From Alphaproteobacteria bacterium (lineage in GTDB: Bacteria; Pseudomonadota; Alphaproteobacteria; UBA8366; CAVOAK01): a stretch of 64,000 nucleotides of DNA. Every line of letters starts with the position of its first letter. Position 1 is the first letter of the stretch. Of the stretch, positions 20,064 through 28,802 are shown one piece after another. The stretch covers positions 649 to 64,648 of the forward strand of contig CBDCIT010000042.1 of assembly GCA_965217615.1 (NCBI GenBank). The letters run 5' to 3'. The translations under genes and the position numbers were made by a program. The notes beneath the pieces are model-generated. The model was not told where the DNA came from and ran no database searches. It worked only from the letters and a program-made list of their open reading frames with translations.

Positions 20064-21747
20064 GCGTCGCATAAGAAATAATCACATCCGGGAGAACCCA
20101 CTGCACGTCAATCTAAGTATACGCAGAATATGGCGCAACAAGGGTGTTGCGGCGGCGCTGATTGCGTTCGGTCTTGCCAGCTGTGCGAGCGAGGAACTCG
20201 AACGCGGGACGGTCGGGTTCGTCCGCGGTTTTTTCGGCGCCGTTGCCGCGGACGAGCCAAACGCCGTCCTGATTGGTCGGGATGTGCTGGCCGCGGGTGG
20301 CAACGCAGCGGACGCAGCGGTGGCGCTGTATTTCTCCCTTGCCGTCACGCTTCCCTCGGTTGCAAGCCTTGGCGGCGGGGGCGTCTGTCTCGTACACGAT
20401 GCCCAAGCTGGACGAGTTGAGGCACTGGATTTTGTTGCACCGCCGTCGGCGCAAACGGCATTGGGAATAACCCGACCCAGTGCCGTACCTTCAAGCGTTC
20501 GCGGCATGGCAGCGCTTCACGCAAGATATGGCGAGCTTGACTGGCGTGAATTGCTTGTACCGGCCGAGAAGCTCGCGAGAATTGGGCATTCCCTGTCCCG
20601 CGCATTTGCGCGCGATTTGCAACTCGCCGCCGCACCATTTATGAAAGACCCCGAAGCTCGTCGCGTATTCGGGGGCTTACATGGAGGCCCGTTGTCGGAG
20701 GGCGCATTGCTGCAGCAGATCGACTTGGCTGCGGTGCTCACGCGGATCCGAACAAGGGGGGCGGGTGAATTCTACACAGGGCCGCTTGCGCGCCGCATCG
20801 CGGAAGCTGCACAGTCGGCCGGTGGATCTATGACGGCCGACGACCTGAGATTCTTTCTGCCGCGATGGCGCGAGCCGATTTCCATTCCCTATGGAAACGA
20901 CGTTGTAAGTTTTGCGCCGCCCCCTGCAGGTGTGGGCCTTACGGCAGGACAGATGTGGCAGATGCTGACCACCGACGACAGATACGGGAGCACGCCTGCT
21001 GACGAACGCCCGCATTTGCTGGCCGAAGTCGCGAAACGAGCCTTCGCGGAGCGTACACGGTGGATGGCGGCTGACCGCAATTCCAAGCTTCCCTCGGCGG
21101 CGCTGGTATCGTCCACACGCGCCCGGCAACTCATAGCGACATACCAGCCGACCCGTGCGACGCCGATAAGCGAGCTGAACCCTCCGCCGCGGGCATTTCT
21201 TGAGAACGCCGCAGGTGCAAGCTTTGTGGTGGTTGACAATGTAGGTCAAGCAGTCGCTTGCACCTTCACCATGTACGAGTTGTTCGGAAACGGTCGTGTC
21301 GCGCCCGGCACCGGAATCGTGCTAGCAGCGTCGCCGAACAGTGGTGGACGCAACTCGCTGTCCCTCGGCCCAATGATGATCACCAACAAGAACGTTCGCA
21401 CCTTTCGGCTAGCGCTCGCAGGGTCTGGCGGCGCTGCGGTCTCGACGGCAATGATGGCGGTCGCAATGCGCTCAATCGTCGACCGGTTGCCTTTGGAAGA
21501 AGCTATGAACTTGCCACGCATACATCATGGCGGCGTACCCGACATTATCTTGGCCGAAACAGAAGCTGGCAAACAAACGATACAGACTTTGATTGCGCGC
21601 GGGCACAGGATGCGCGAGGGAGAGGCTTTGGCCCGCCTCAACGCGATTTATTGTCCATCCGGGCTGCCGGGAATAGACGCCGATCTCCAGTGTGCCGTTG
21701 CGCGCGATATCCGTGGCGCAGGCCTGGTCGCGAAGGCGGACAAATGA
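20062..21747 (+). CDS. Gamma-glutamyltransferase-like lipoprotein; catalytic Thr apparently absent; start uncertain
   Basis: Lipobox GLASC, GRDVLAAGGNAADAAVA, SLGGGG, GMAALHARYG, FVVVDNVGQAVACTFT and LPRIHH. Confidence 0.85.
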   Translation: MRRIRNNHIRENPLHVNLSIRRIWRNKGVAAALIAFGLASCASEELERGTVGFVRGFFGAVAADEPNAVLIGRDVLAAGGNAADAAVALYFSLAVTLPSVASLGGGGVCLVHDAQAGRVEALDFVAPPSAQTALGITRPSAVPSSVRGMAALHARYGELDWRELLVPAEKLARIGHSLSRAFARDLQLAAAPFMKDPEARRVFGGLHGGPLSEGALLQQIDLAAVLTRIRTRGAGEFYTGPLARRIAEAAQSAGGSMTADDLRFFLPRWREPISIPYGNDVVSFAPPPAGVGLTAGQMWQMLTTDDRYGSTPADERPHLLAEVAKRAFAERTRWMAADRNSKLPSAALVSSTRARQLIATYQPTRATPISELNPPPRAFLENAAGASFVVVDNVGQAVACTFTMYELFGNGRVAPGTGIVLAASPNSGGRNSLSLGPMMITNKNVRTFRLALAGSGGAAVSTAMMAVAMRSIVDRLPLEEAMNLPRIHHGGVPDIILAETEAGKQTIQTLIARGHRMREGEALARLNAIYCPSGLPGIDADLQCAVARDIRGAGLVAKADK

Positions 21748-21853
21748 AGGCTTATATTCTTCATCGATGGCGTAAGAATTGCCGCCGCGTTCGACCAGAC
21801 CTTACATATCGTTGCCAGCGAAATTCGGCTCAAAGAACTCGAGAGATCGATAG

Positions 21854-23023
21854 ATGCCCCTGAAGGTTGCATCGCGAGGAAACGCGTCGCCATTTATCGT
21901 AATGGAGGTGATGCGTGCGGCAGACGAACGCGAGGCGGCTGGCGAAGCCGTCTATCATCTTGAGGTCGGTCAACCCGGCACGAGCGCGCCCAAAGCGGTT
22001 ATCAGCGCAGCGCAGTCAGCACTGGCTGAGCACCGCTTGGGGTATACATTGGCGCTCGGCATCGGCGAGCTGCGCCACGCCATTGTCCGACACTATCGCG
22101 AATTCTACGGCATCGATGTCGATTTCGAACGCATCGTCGTCACAACCGGGTCTTCGGCGGGGTTTGTGTTGTCATTCTTGGCGGCGTTTGGTCCCGGTGA
22201 CCGAGTCGCCTTAGCTCTGCCAAGTTATCCATGTTATCGCAGCATTCTCTCAACTCTGGGCGTCACGCCCGTTTTACTGACGGCAAGCATTGAGGATCGA
22301 TTTCAGCCGACGGTAGCGTTGCTGGACCGCGCCCGCGAGGAAGGGCCGCTGCACGGGTTGATCGTCGCGAGCCCTTCAAACCCGGCCGGCACGATGTTGA
22401 AAAAAGCACAGCTCGAAGACTTGTGCAGCTACTGCAGCGAACATGAAATCCGCTTGATCTCCGATGAAATTTACCACGGCATAACATTCGAGGAACCGGC
22501 GACAAGCGCCCTTGCCTGCGCCGACCAGCCGATCGTCATTAACAGCTTTTCCAAGTATTTCTCGATGACTGGTTGGCGGCTCGGTTGGATGGTGATGCCA
22601 GACGATCTTGCCCGGTCGATCGAGTGTCTTTCGCAGAACGTCTATATTTCTCCGCCGACACTCTCGCAGGTGGCGGGTGTCGCGGCATTTGATTGCCGGG
22701 AAGAGCTCGACGCCAATGTTGCGCGCTACGCTGAAAACCGCGTTCTCTTGCTTCAAGAGCTACCGAAGGCCGGGTTCGAGCGGCTCGCTCCCTCCGACGG
22801 CGCGTTCTATATCTATGCCGACGTCGGGCACGTGACGAATGACAGTGAAGCGTACTGCCGCGCATTGCTCGCGCGAACTGGAGTCGCCGTTACGCCTGGC
22901 GTCGATTTCGATCCTCAACACGGAAATCGCTATGTGCGTTTTTCCTTTGCAGGGGATACCGAAGAAATTGCCCGGGCGGCCAAAGCCCTGATTGCCGATG
23001 GCGCGGCCGTCACCTCTTCCTAA
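21854..23023 (+). CDS. PLP-dependent class I/II aminotransferase (aspartate aminotransferase-like)
   Basis: SPSNPAG, LISDEIYHG and NSFSKYFSMTGWRLGW. Confidence 0.93.
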   Translation: MPLKVASRGNASPFIVMEVMRAADEREAAGEAVYHLEVGQPGTSAPKAVISAAQSALAEHRLGYTLALGIGELRHAIVRHYREFYGIDVDFERIVVTTGSSAGFVLSFLAAFGPGDRVALALPSYPCYRSILSTLGVTPVLLTASIEDRFQPTVALLDRAREEGPLHGLIVASPSNPAGTMLKKAQLEDLCSYCSEHEIRLISDEIYHGITFEEPATSALACADQPIVINSFSKYFSMTGWRLGWMVMPDDLARSIECLSQNVYISPPTLSQVAGVAAFDCREELDANVARYAENRVLLLQELPKAGFERLAPSDGAFYIYADVGHVTNDSEAYCRALLARTGVAVTPGVDFDPQHGNRYVRFSFAGDTEEIARAAKALIADGAAVTSS

Positions 23024-24275
23024 GCGGAACTTGGGCGACGGCGAAGCCAGTTGCGTTGAACGCGGCTTCTGAGGCAGCTAAATAGAAATTCCACATTCGG
23101 CGAAACCGCTCGCCATATTTCGTCTGGTCTAACGATTGAAATGCGGCGTTGGAGCGCTGCCGCCAAAGTTGCAGGGTTTTTGCGTAATTGGCGCCGTCAT
23201 GGAGGTATGCTTCCCGTTCCGGCACCATGCCTCCTTGCGCCGCACCGATCAGAACCTCGTCGAGAGTCGGAATATAGCCACCTGGAAAGATGTACTTGTC
23301 GATAAATGGGCTCGTACAGCCGGGGCGTGGACGGACGATTGTATGGATAAGCGCTCGGCCATCGGCTTTCAGCAGACGCCGAACCGTAGCAAAAAACTCA
23401 GCGAAGTGACGCCGGCCGACATGTTCGAACATGCCAATGCTTACGGCGCGGTCATATTCGCCAACGTGGGCCATCCCATGAGTCCGATAGTCTTCCAATT
23501 TATATGACACCCGATTGCCGAGCCCGGTTGGCACGCGCTCGCTTGCCAACTTGCACTGTTCTTCTGCCAGCGTGATTCCCACCACGTGCGCGGCATCGGT
23601 CTCGCGACTCATCATCCGCGTCAGCTCACCCCAACCACAGCCGATGTCGATCACAGCCATGCCGGTACCGACCTGGAGACGTTTTATTGAGGTGCGAAGC
23701 TTATTCAGTTGAGCCTCACGCAAGCTTTGCGTTGGGCTTTCAAAAAATGCGCAGGAGTAGTTCATCCCCTCGTCCAGAAACGATTGGTATAGATCGTTTC
23801 CAATATCGTAGTGATGGGCCACATTGCGACGGGCTGAGCTAGGCGAGTTTTGATGATGCTTCGGGGCAATTGCGTTTCGACACGCGTCCGCAAGCCGAAC
23901 AGCCGCGCGTTCTTCAAACGCGTCGTGATTCCGGAGCAATACACCGATCAAGCCGGCAAGGTCATCGCCCTCGAGATGCCAAATTCCGTTCATATAGGAT
24001 TCGCCTAACCCGAGCTCGGCATTCGTCAGCAGCGGAGGAAAAAAACGAAGCGAGTCGATCTGCATCTTGTACAGGGGACCCTCTCCATCGCCCAACATAC
24101 GCTGCCGCAAATCGCGATACCGCAGTTGAACGCGTCCTTTGCGGACTAGTATGCCGAGCAAGGACATCGCCATTCGAAACAGCAAAAAGGATGGCTGGAG
24201 ATTGGCTCCCATAAAGTTGCCACCGCCATAGGACGGCACATCTGAAGGATTCGGAGGTGCATTCCGCTCGGTCAT
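23010..24275 (-). CDS. cfa: Cyclopropane-fatty-acyl-phospholipid synthase family methyltransferase
   Basis: NVAHHYDIGNDLY, MNYSCAFF, DIGCGWG, SIGMFEHVG, KYIFPGG and RMWNFYL. Confidence 0.88.
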   Translation of the reverse strand: MTERNAPPNPSDVPSYGGGNFMGANLQPSFLLFRMAMSLLGILVRKGRVQLRYRDLRQRMLGDGEGPLYKMQIDSLRFFPPLLTNAELGLGESYMNGIWHLEGDDLAGLIGVLLRNHDAFEERAAVRLADACRNAIAPKHHQNSPSSARRNVAHHYDIGNDLYQSFLDEGMNYSCAFFESPTQSLREAQLNKLRTSIKRLQVGTGMAVIDIGCGWGELTRMMSRETDAAHVVGITLAEEQCKLASERVPTGLGNRVSYKLEDYRTHGMAHVGEYDRAVSIGMFEHVGRRHFAEFFATVRRLLKADGRALIHTIVRPRPGCTSPFIDKYIFPGGYIPTLDEVLIGAAQGGMVPEREAYLHDGANYAKTLQLWRQRSNAAFQSLDQTKYGERFRRMWNFYLAASEAAFNATGFAVAQVPLRKR

Positions 24276-24509
24276 CGGCCTCTCCGTTTCGACGGATGGT
24301 TCCTGCGGGCGCGCATCAAACAGTATCCTGCAGGCCACTTCACCAAAACAACCCTGTGGGGCATGGCGGACGCCAGACTCACCCGCGACAGCACGTGCGA
24401 CACCAAAAAATTTAGTTCAGGCAGCGAGGAGCCGTCAACTGCGGCCAGGCACCAAACACAGTCAGGTGATGTGGAACTATCGTGAGCTTGGCCTCGACGC
24501 CCGCGCCGT

Positions 24510-26951
24510 TTAGGTAATTGCCCGCCGCCACCAGCCGCGCCGAGTCGGTTTGTTGTCCGATTCGGCTGGAACTGGTGGTCCATCTGGCGGCCCAACCTCT
24601 GAAGAGTCTGACGGTCGCGGTTGAAGCTCAGACGCAGCGGCAGATTGTGAGGAGTCCGCTGTAGCGACGGCAGCGTTTTCCGTCGTTTCTACCAACCCGG
24701 AACTCCGCGCGTCAGCCGTCAAGTCGTCGCTCAACTCGACATCGCCGTTGCCGCTGACCGTGGCCTTGAATTCCGCTCCGACAGCTGCGGTATCCAGTTC
24801 GCTGGAGTCGGCGGGCGCTGCATCACCCTTGGGTTTGCTCACGCGAGGTTTGCGGCGGGCAGGCTTTCGACGCTTTGCCGGTTGCCGCTTTCCATTGCCC
24901 TCTTTGACGGCGTCAGTGGAGGCAGTGGCCTCATTTTCATCGGCTACAACGGGTTCGGACTCGCTTCCCGAAGCTTCGTCATGTCCGCCCGACTCTTCAG
25001 ACGCGTCAGCGTTTTCAGCGGCCGTCCGTTCCACCGGCGTCCGTTGTGAATGGCGACGTCCACCGCGGCGTCCACGCCTTCTCCTTTTTCGCGATGCCTC
25101 GTCAGTCGCTTCACGTTCACCGTCAGCGGACGCTTCGGACGGTTCGGCAACTTCGGCGTCCGCGGATAACTTCTCCGCCGCGACTTCAATATCAGCCGGC
25201 GCCGTATCGGCAGTGCGCTCGCTTCGCGCAGGACGGGCGCGTCGTCGAGGCCGTCGTTTCTGCGCACTCTTTTCGCCGCCATCCGCTGCTTCCGTGGAGT
25301 CCGCCGGGGCCGCAGTCGCCTCGGAAGCTACCGTCGTTTTCGACTTGCTGGCCTCTTCGCCGCGTTCGATGCGAAATTCTGGTGGAATCAGGATCTCGTC
25401 CGCCGCTAACTGAACTTCAATCCCGTGCTGACTCTCGATCTGAGCAAGCGCTCGCCGCTTTTTGTTGAGGATGTAAAGCGCAACAGGCATCGCGACAAAA
25501 AGGGTGAAGTCACTTGCGGAGCGCCGAATGGCTTCTTCCCCGACGGCCCTTAAGGCGTGCAGCGCGCTCGCCTCTGTTGTCCGCACGTAGCCAACGCCTC
25601 CGCAGTGTGCACAAATTTCACTCGAGGCTTCGGTCAAACTGGGACGCAACCTTTGCCGAGACATTTCAAGCAGGCCGAATGGGCTGATGCGGCCGACCTG
25701 GATGCGCGCCCGGTCGTTCTTCATCGATTCCTTCAACCGGCGTTCGACTGAGTGGATATTTCGGGAGACTTCCATGTCAATGAAATCAATGACAATCAGC
25801 CCCGCCAGATCACGCAGTCGCAGTTGACGGGCGACTTCCTCGGCCGCCTCCTGGTTCGTTCGTAGCGCCGTTTCCTCGATGTGCCGCTCGCGTGTCGCCT
25901 TGCCGGAATTCACATCAATGGCGACCAGCGCCTCAGTGGGGTTTATCACCAGGTAGCCTCCGGATTTGAGGCGAATCACCGGGTCGTGGACGTCGTCCAG
26001 CTGTTTTTCAACACCGTATCGATAGAACAGAGGTGCGCTGCTATCCTTGTAGGATTTCACGTTTTTCGCATGGCTCGGTACGAGCATGCGCATGAAGTCC
26101 TTGGCAAGCCGGTAACCGTCCTCTCCCTCTACGAGGATCTCCGAAATCTCTTTCGAGTACAGATCGCGGATCGACCGTTTGATTAGGTTAGCTTCCTCAT
26201 AGATCAGTGCCGGTGCTTTGGACTTGAGCGTAAGATTGCGAATATCGTCCCAGAGCTTCAGAAGATACGCCTCGTCACGGGTAATCTCGGCCTTTGTCCG
26301 TTCCGCGCCTGCGGTGCGAACGATGACGGCCATGCCCTCAGGTATCTCAAGACCGTCGAGAATCTTCTTCAAACGCTTACGGTCGGCCGTCGAAGCGATC
26401 TTGCGGCTGATGCCGCCACCCCGAGCGGTGTTGGGCATCAACACGCAATATCGCCCAGCGAGCGATACATAGGTGGTTAGCGCCGCACCCTTGTTGCCGC
26501 GCTCTTCTTTGACAACCTGCACCAAAAGTATTTGCCGGCGCTTAATGACCTCTTGTATTTTGTAATTACGGTAGGAGCCCAGGCGAGGGCGGACGACCTC
26601 GTCGCTGTCGTCTCCACCGACGGTTTCGACGGCCGCGCCGTTTTCGTCTTCTTCGCTTTCCTCCAGTTCCGCCCCTTCGGCTATGAGCTGTTCTCGGTCG
26701 GAAACTGGAATACGGTAATAATCCGGATGGATCTCGTTGAAGGCGAGGAAGCCGTGGCGGTTACCCCCATAGTCGACGAACGCCGCCTGAAGGGAGGGTT
26801 CCACTCTGGTTACCTTCGCTAGATAAATATTACCCTTGAGCTGCTTTCTGTTGTCTGATTCGTAGTCGAAGGCTTCAAGGGCATCTTTATTGACGACGAC
26901 CACCCGAGTTTCCTCTGGATGGCTCGCGTCGATCAACATTCTACGCGCCAT
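24510..26951 (-). CDS. rne: Ribonuclease E
   Basis: MARRMLIDASHPEETRV, VEPSLQAAFVDYG, AIDVNSG, IDFIDM, the CAHCGG Zn-link and an Arg-rich disordered tail ending in RRGWW. Confidence 0.96.
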   Translation of the reverse strand: MARRMLIDASHPEETRVVVVNKDALEAFDYESDNRKQLKGNIYLAKVTRVEPSLQAAFVDYGGNRHGFLAFNEIHPDYYRIPVSDREQLIAEGAELEESEEDENGAAVETVGGDDSDEVVRPRLGSYRNYKIQEVIKRRQILLVQVVKEERGNKGAALTTYVSLAGRYCVLMPNTARGGGISRKIASTADRKRLKKILDGLEIPEGMAVIVRTAGAERTKAEITRDEAYLLKLWDDIRNLTLKSKAPALIYEEANLIKRSIRDLYSKEISEILVEGEDGYRLAKDFMRMLVPSHAKNVKSYKDSSAPLFYRYGVEKQLDDVHDPVIRLKSGGYLVINPTEALVAIDVNSGKATRERHIEETALRTNQEAAEEVARQLRLRDLAGLIVIDFIDMEVSRNIHSVERRLKESMKNDRARIQVGRISPFGLLEMSRQRLRPSLTEASSEICAHCGGVGYVRTTEASALHALRAVGEEAIRRSASDFTLFVAMPVALYILNKKRRALAQIESQHGIEVQLAADEILIPPEFRIERGEEASKSKTTVASEATAAPADSTEAADGGEKSAQKRRPRRRARPARSERTADTAPADIEVAAEKLSADAEVAEPSEASADGEREATDEASRKRRRRGRRGGRRHSQRTPVERTAAENADASEESGGHDEASGSESEPVVADENEATASTDAVKEGNGKRQPAKRRKPARRKPRVSKPKGDAAPADSSELDTAAVGAEFKATVSGNGDVELSDDLTADARSSGLVETTENAAVATADSSQSAAASELQPRPSDSSEVGPPDGPPVPAESDNKPTRRGWWRRAIT

Positions 26952-27493
26952 TATGTGTAACTCCGCCGCGCACCACCGGCGCTCCGCGCGCAAAGCGCCG
27001 TGGCAGTACGTTGTCAGTTCTCATGAAGCCAGCAAGGCGTCCACCCGTCCGTCGAACAGTTCGCACATACGGAACCAGGACGGAATCGGTTTGAGGCGCC
27101 TGCCCGGACCGTATGCGATCGGAAATCCGACTGCACGCGGCCTCGTGGCCTCACATGATTCATTTACCAATCCGCTGACTTGCTGCCCACCGCGGTGGAA
27201 ATTCGGCGAGGAATGCATACATGCTGCATTGCTCGCCATTGGGGTTACATTGTGCGGCAAATACGGTCCTGCCGAACACGGCCGGCTACGCCAACAGCGG
27301 AAAATTCGCGCGCTGTCACCTTACGCCTTATCACAGTTGTCCGGCAATCCGTTTATGTGTCGCCCCATCAGGGTCAAATGAAAATGCTGCACATTAATTT
27401 GATCGTTGACAGTTACTGTAGCGCTCGGGTCATGATGGACCACGCCTGCCCACAATAATATATATAGTGGCGGGCGGCAGCCGGAATTACAAT

Positions 27494-28738
27494 ATGTGGG
27501 AATTGGTGTGGTCGAATAGGCGATATTTCGCTGCGTGTGTTTGGCTTGCTATTGGCGCTGCGATTACGCAGCCTGCGCTCGCCGCCGACTTGGTGGTGTC
27601 TGCAGCACGCATCGGCGTGCATCCCGCGGCGACGCGGTTCGTCCTCGAATCAAACGCGCGGTTTGCGTACCGCGTGTTTACACTTGCTGAGCCCTATCGG
27701 GTGGTTGTCGATTTGCCCGAGGTCGACTGGCGCGTGGCGCCGGTCGAAGGCAACGTCGTAGCGTCTGCGCGGGGGGTCGTTTCAAACTTCCGCTATGGAC
27801 TGTTTCAGCCGGGCAATAGCCGGGTCGTCATAGATCTCGCCGTACCCGTGGCCATAGAGCGCCATTTTATCTTGCCTTCGAGCGATGGTGGGCCATTCCG
27901 ATTCGTGCTCGATCTCAAAGAGATTCCACCCAGAGACTTTGATCCTCGCAAGACGGATATCCGGACTGCGGACTGGAAGGTCGCGCGCGCAGCGGTCGCG
28001 CGCCGCGTGGTTTTGGCGCCGCGCCGCCAAGCGCGAGCTCATGAAAAGCGTGTCGTCGTCATCGATCCCGGTCATGGTGGCGTCGATCCTGGATCGATCG
28101 GTGTTACCGGTGCGTATGAGAAACGGATTACGTTGTCGACTGCGCGAATGGTCAAGCAGACCCTAGAACGCAGTGGCCGCTATGAGGTTGTGTTGACACG
28201 CGAGCGCGATGTGTTCTTGCGCCTGCGAGACCGGTTCGAGGTAGCGCACCTGGCAAACGCCTCGCTGTTTCTGTCGCTGCACGCGGATTCGTCGCCCAAA
28301 CGGTCTGTGCGCGGTGCATCGATTTACACACTTTCCAATCGCGCATCCGATAAAGAGGCGGAGGCATTGGCGGCAAAGGAAAATAAGGCGGATATCATCG
28401 CCGGCGCCGATCTGAGCGACTACCCGCCCGAGGTATCGAGTATCCTGATCGATCTTGCGCAAAACGATACCAACGAGGAATCATGGCACTTCGCCGAGAT
28501 GTTGGTGGAGGAACTGGAAGGAAAAATCAGAGTCTTACGGAACACACACCGCTTTGCGGGGTTTGCCGTATTGAAATCGCCAAACGTACCCTCTCTACTT
28601 GTCGAGCTTGGCTATCTTTCAAATCGGCGCGACGAGAAGCTTTTGCGCAGTAAGTCGTACCGCGAGCAATTATCACGCGCCGTGCTGCGCGCTGTTGACC
28701 GATATTTTGAACGGTTGAAGAGTCTTGAGCGATCATAA
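27494..28738 (+). CDS. amiC: N-acetylmuramoyl-L-alanine amidase (AMIN + Amidase_3)
   Basis: VIDPGHGGVDPG, FLSLHADS, VELGYLSN and an AMIN-like N-terminus. Confidence 0.92.
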   Translation: MWELVWSNRRYFAACVWLAIGAAITQPALAADLVVSAARIGVHPAATRFVLESNARFAYRVFTLAEPYRVVVDLPEVDWRVAPVEGNVVASARGVVSNFRYGLFQPGNSRVVIDLAVPVAIERHFILPSSDGGPFRFVLDLKEIPPRDFDPRKTDIRTADWKVARAAVARRVVLAPRRQARAHEKRVVVIDPGHGGVDPGSIGVTGAYEKRITLSTARMVKQTLERSGRYEVVLTRERDVFLRLRDRFEVAHLANASLFLSLHADSSPKRSVRGASIYTLSNRASDKEAEALAAKENKADIIAGADLSDYPPEVSSILIDLAQNDTNEESWHFAEMLVEELEGKIRVLRNTHRFAGFAVLKSPNVPSLLVELGYLSNRRDEKLLRSKSYREQLSRAVLRAVDRYFERLKSLERS

Positions 28739-28802
28739 CTTTGCCACATTCTTTCCCGACATTTGACTCCTAGGTAGGCAAAGCTGCCAACGATTCGAGC
28801 CG

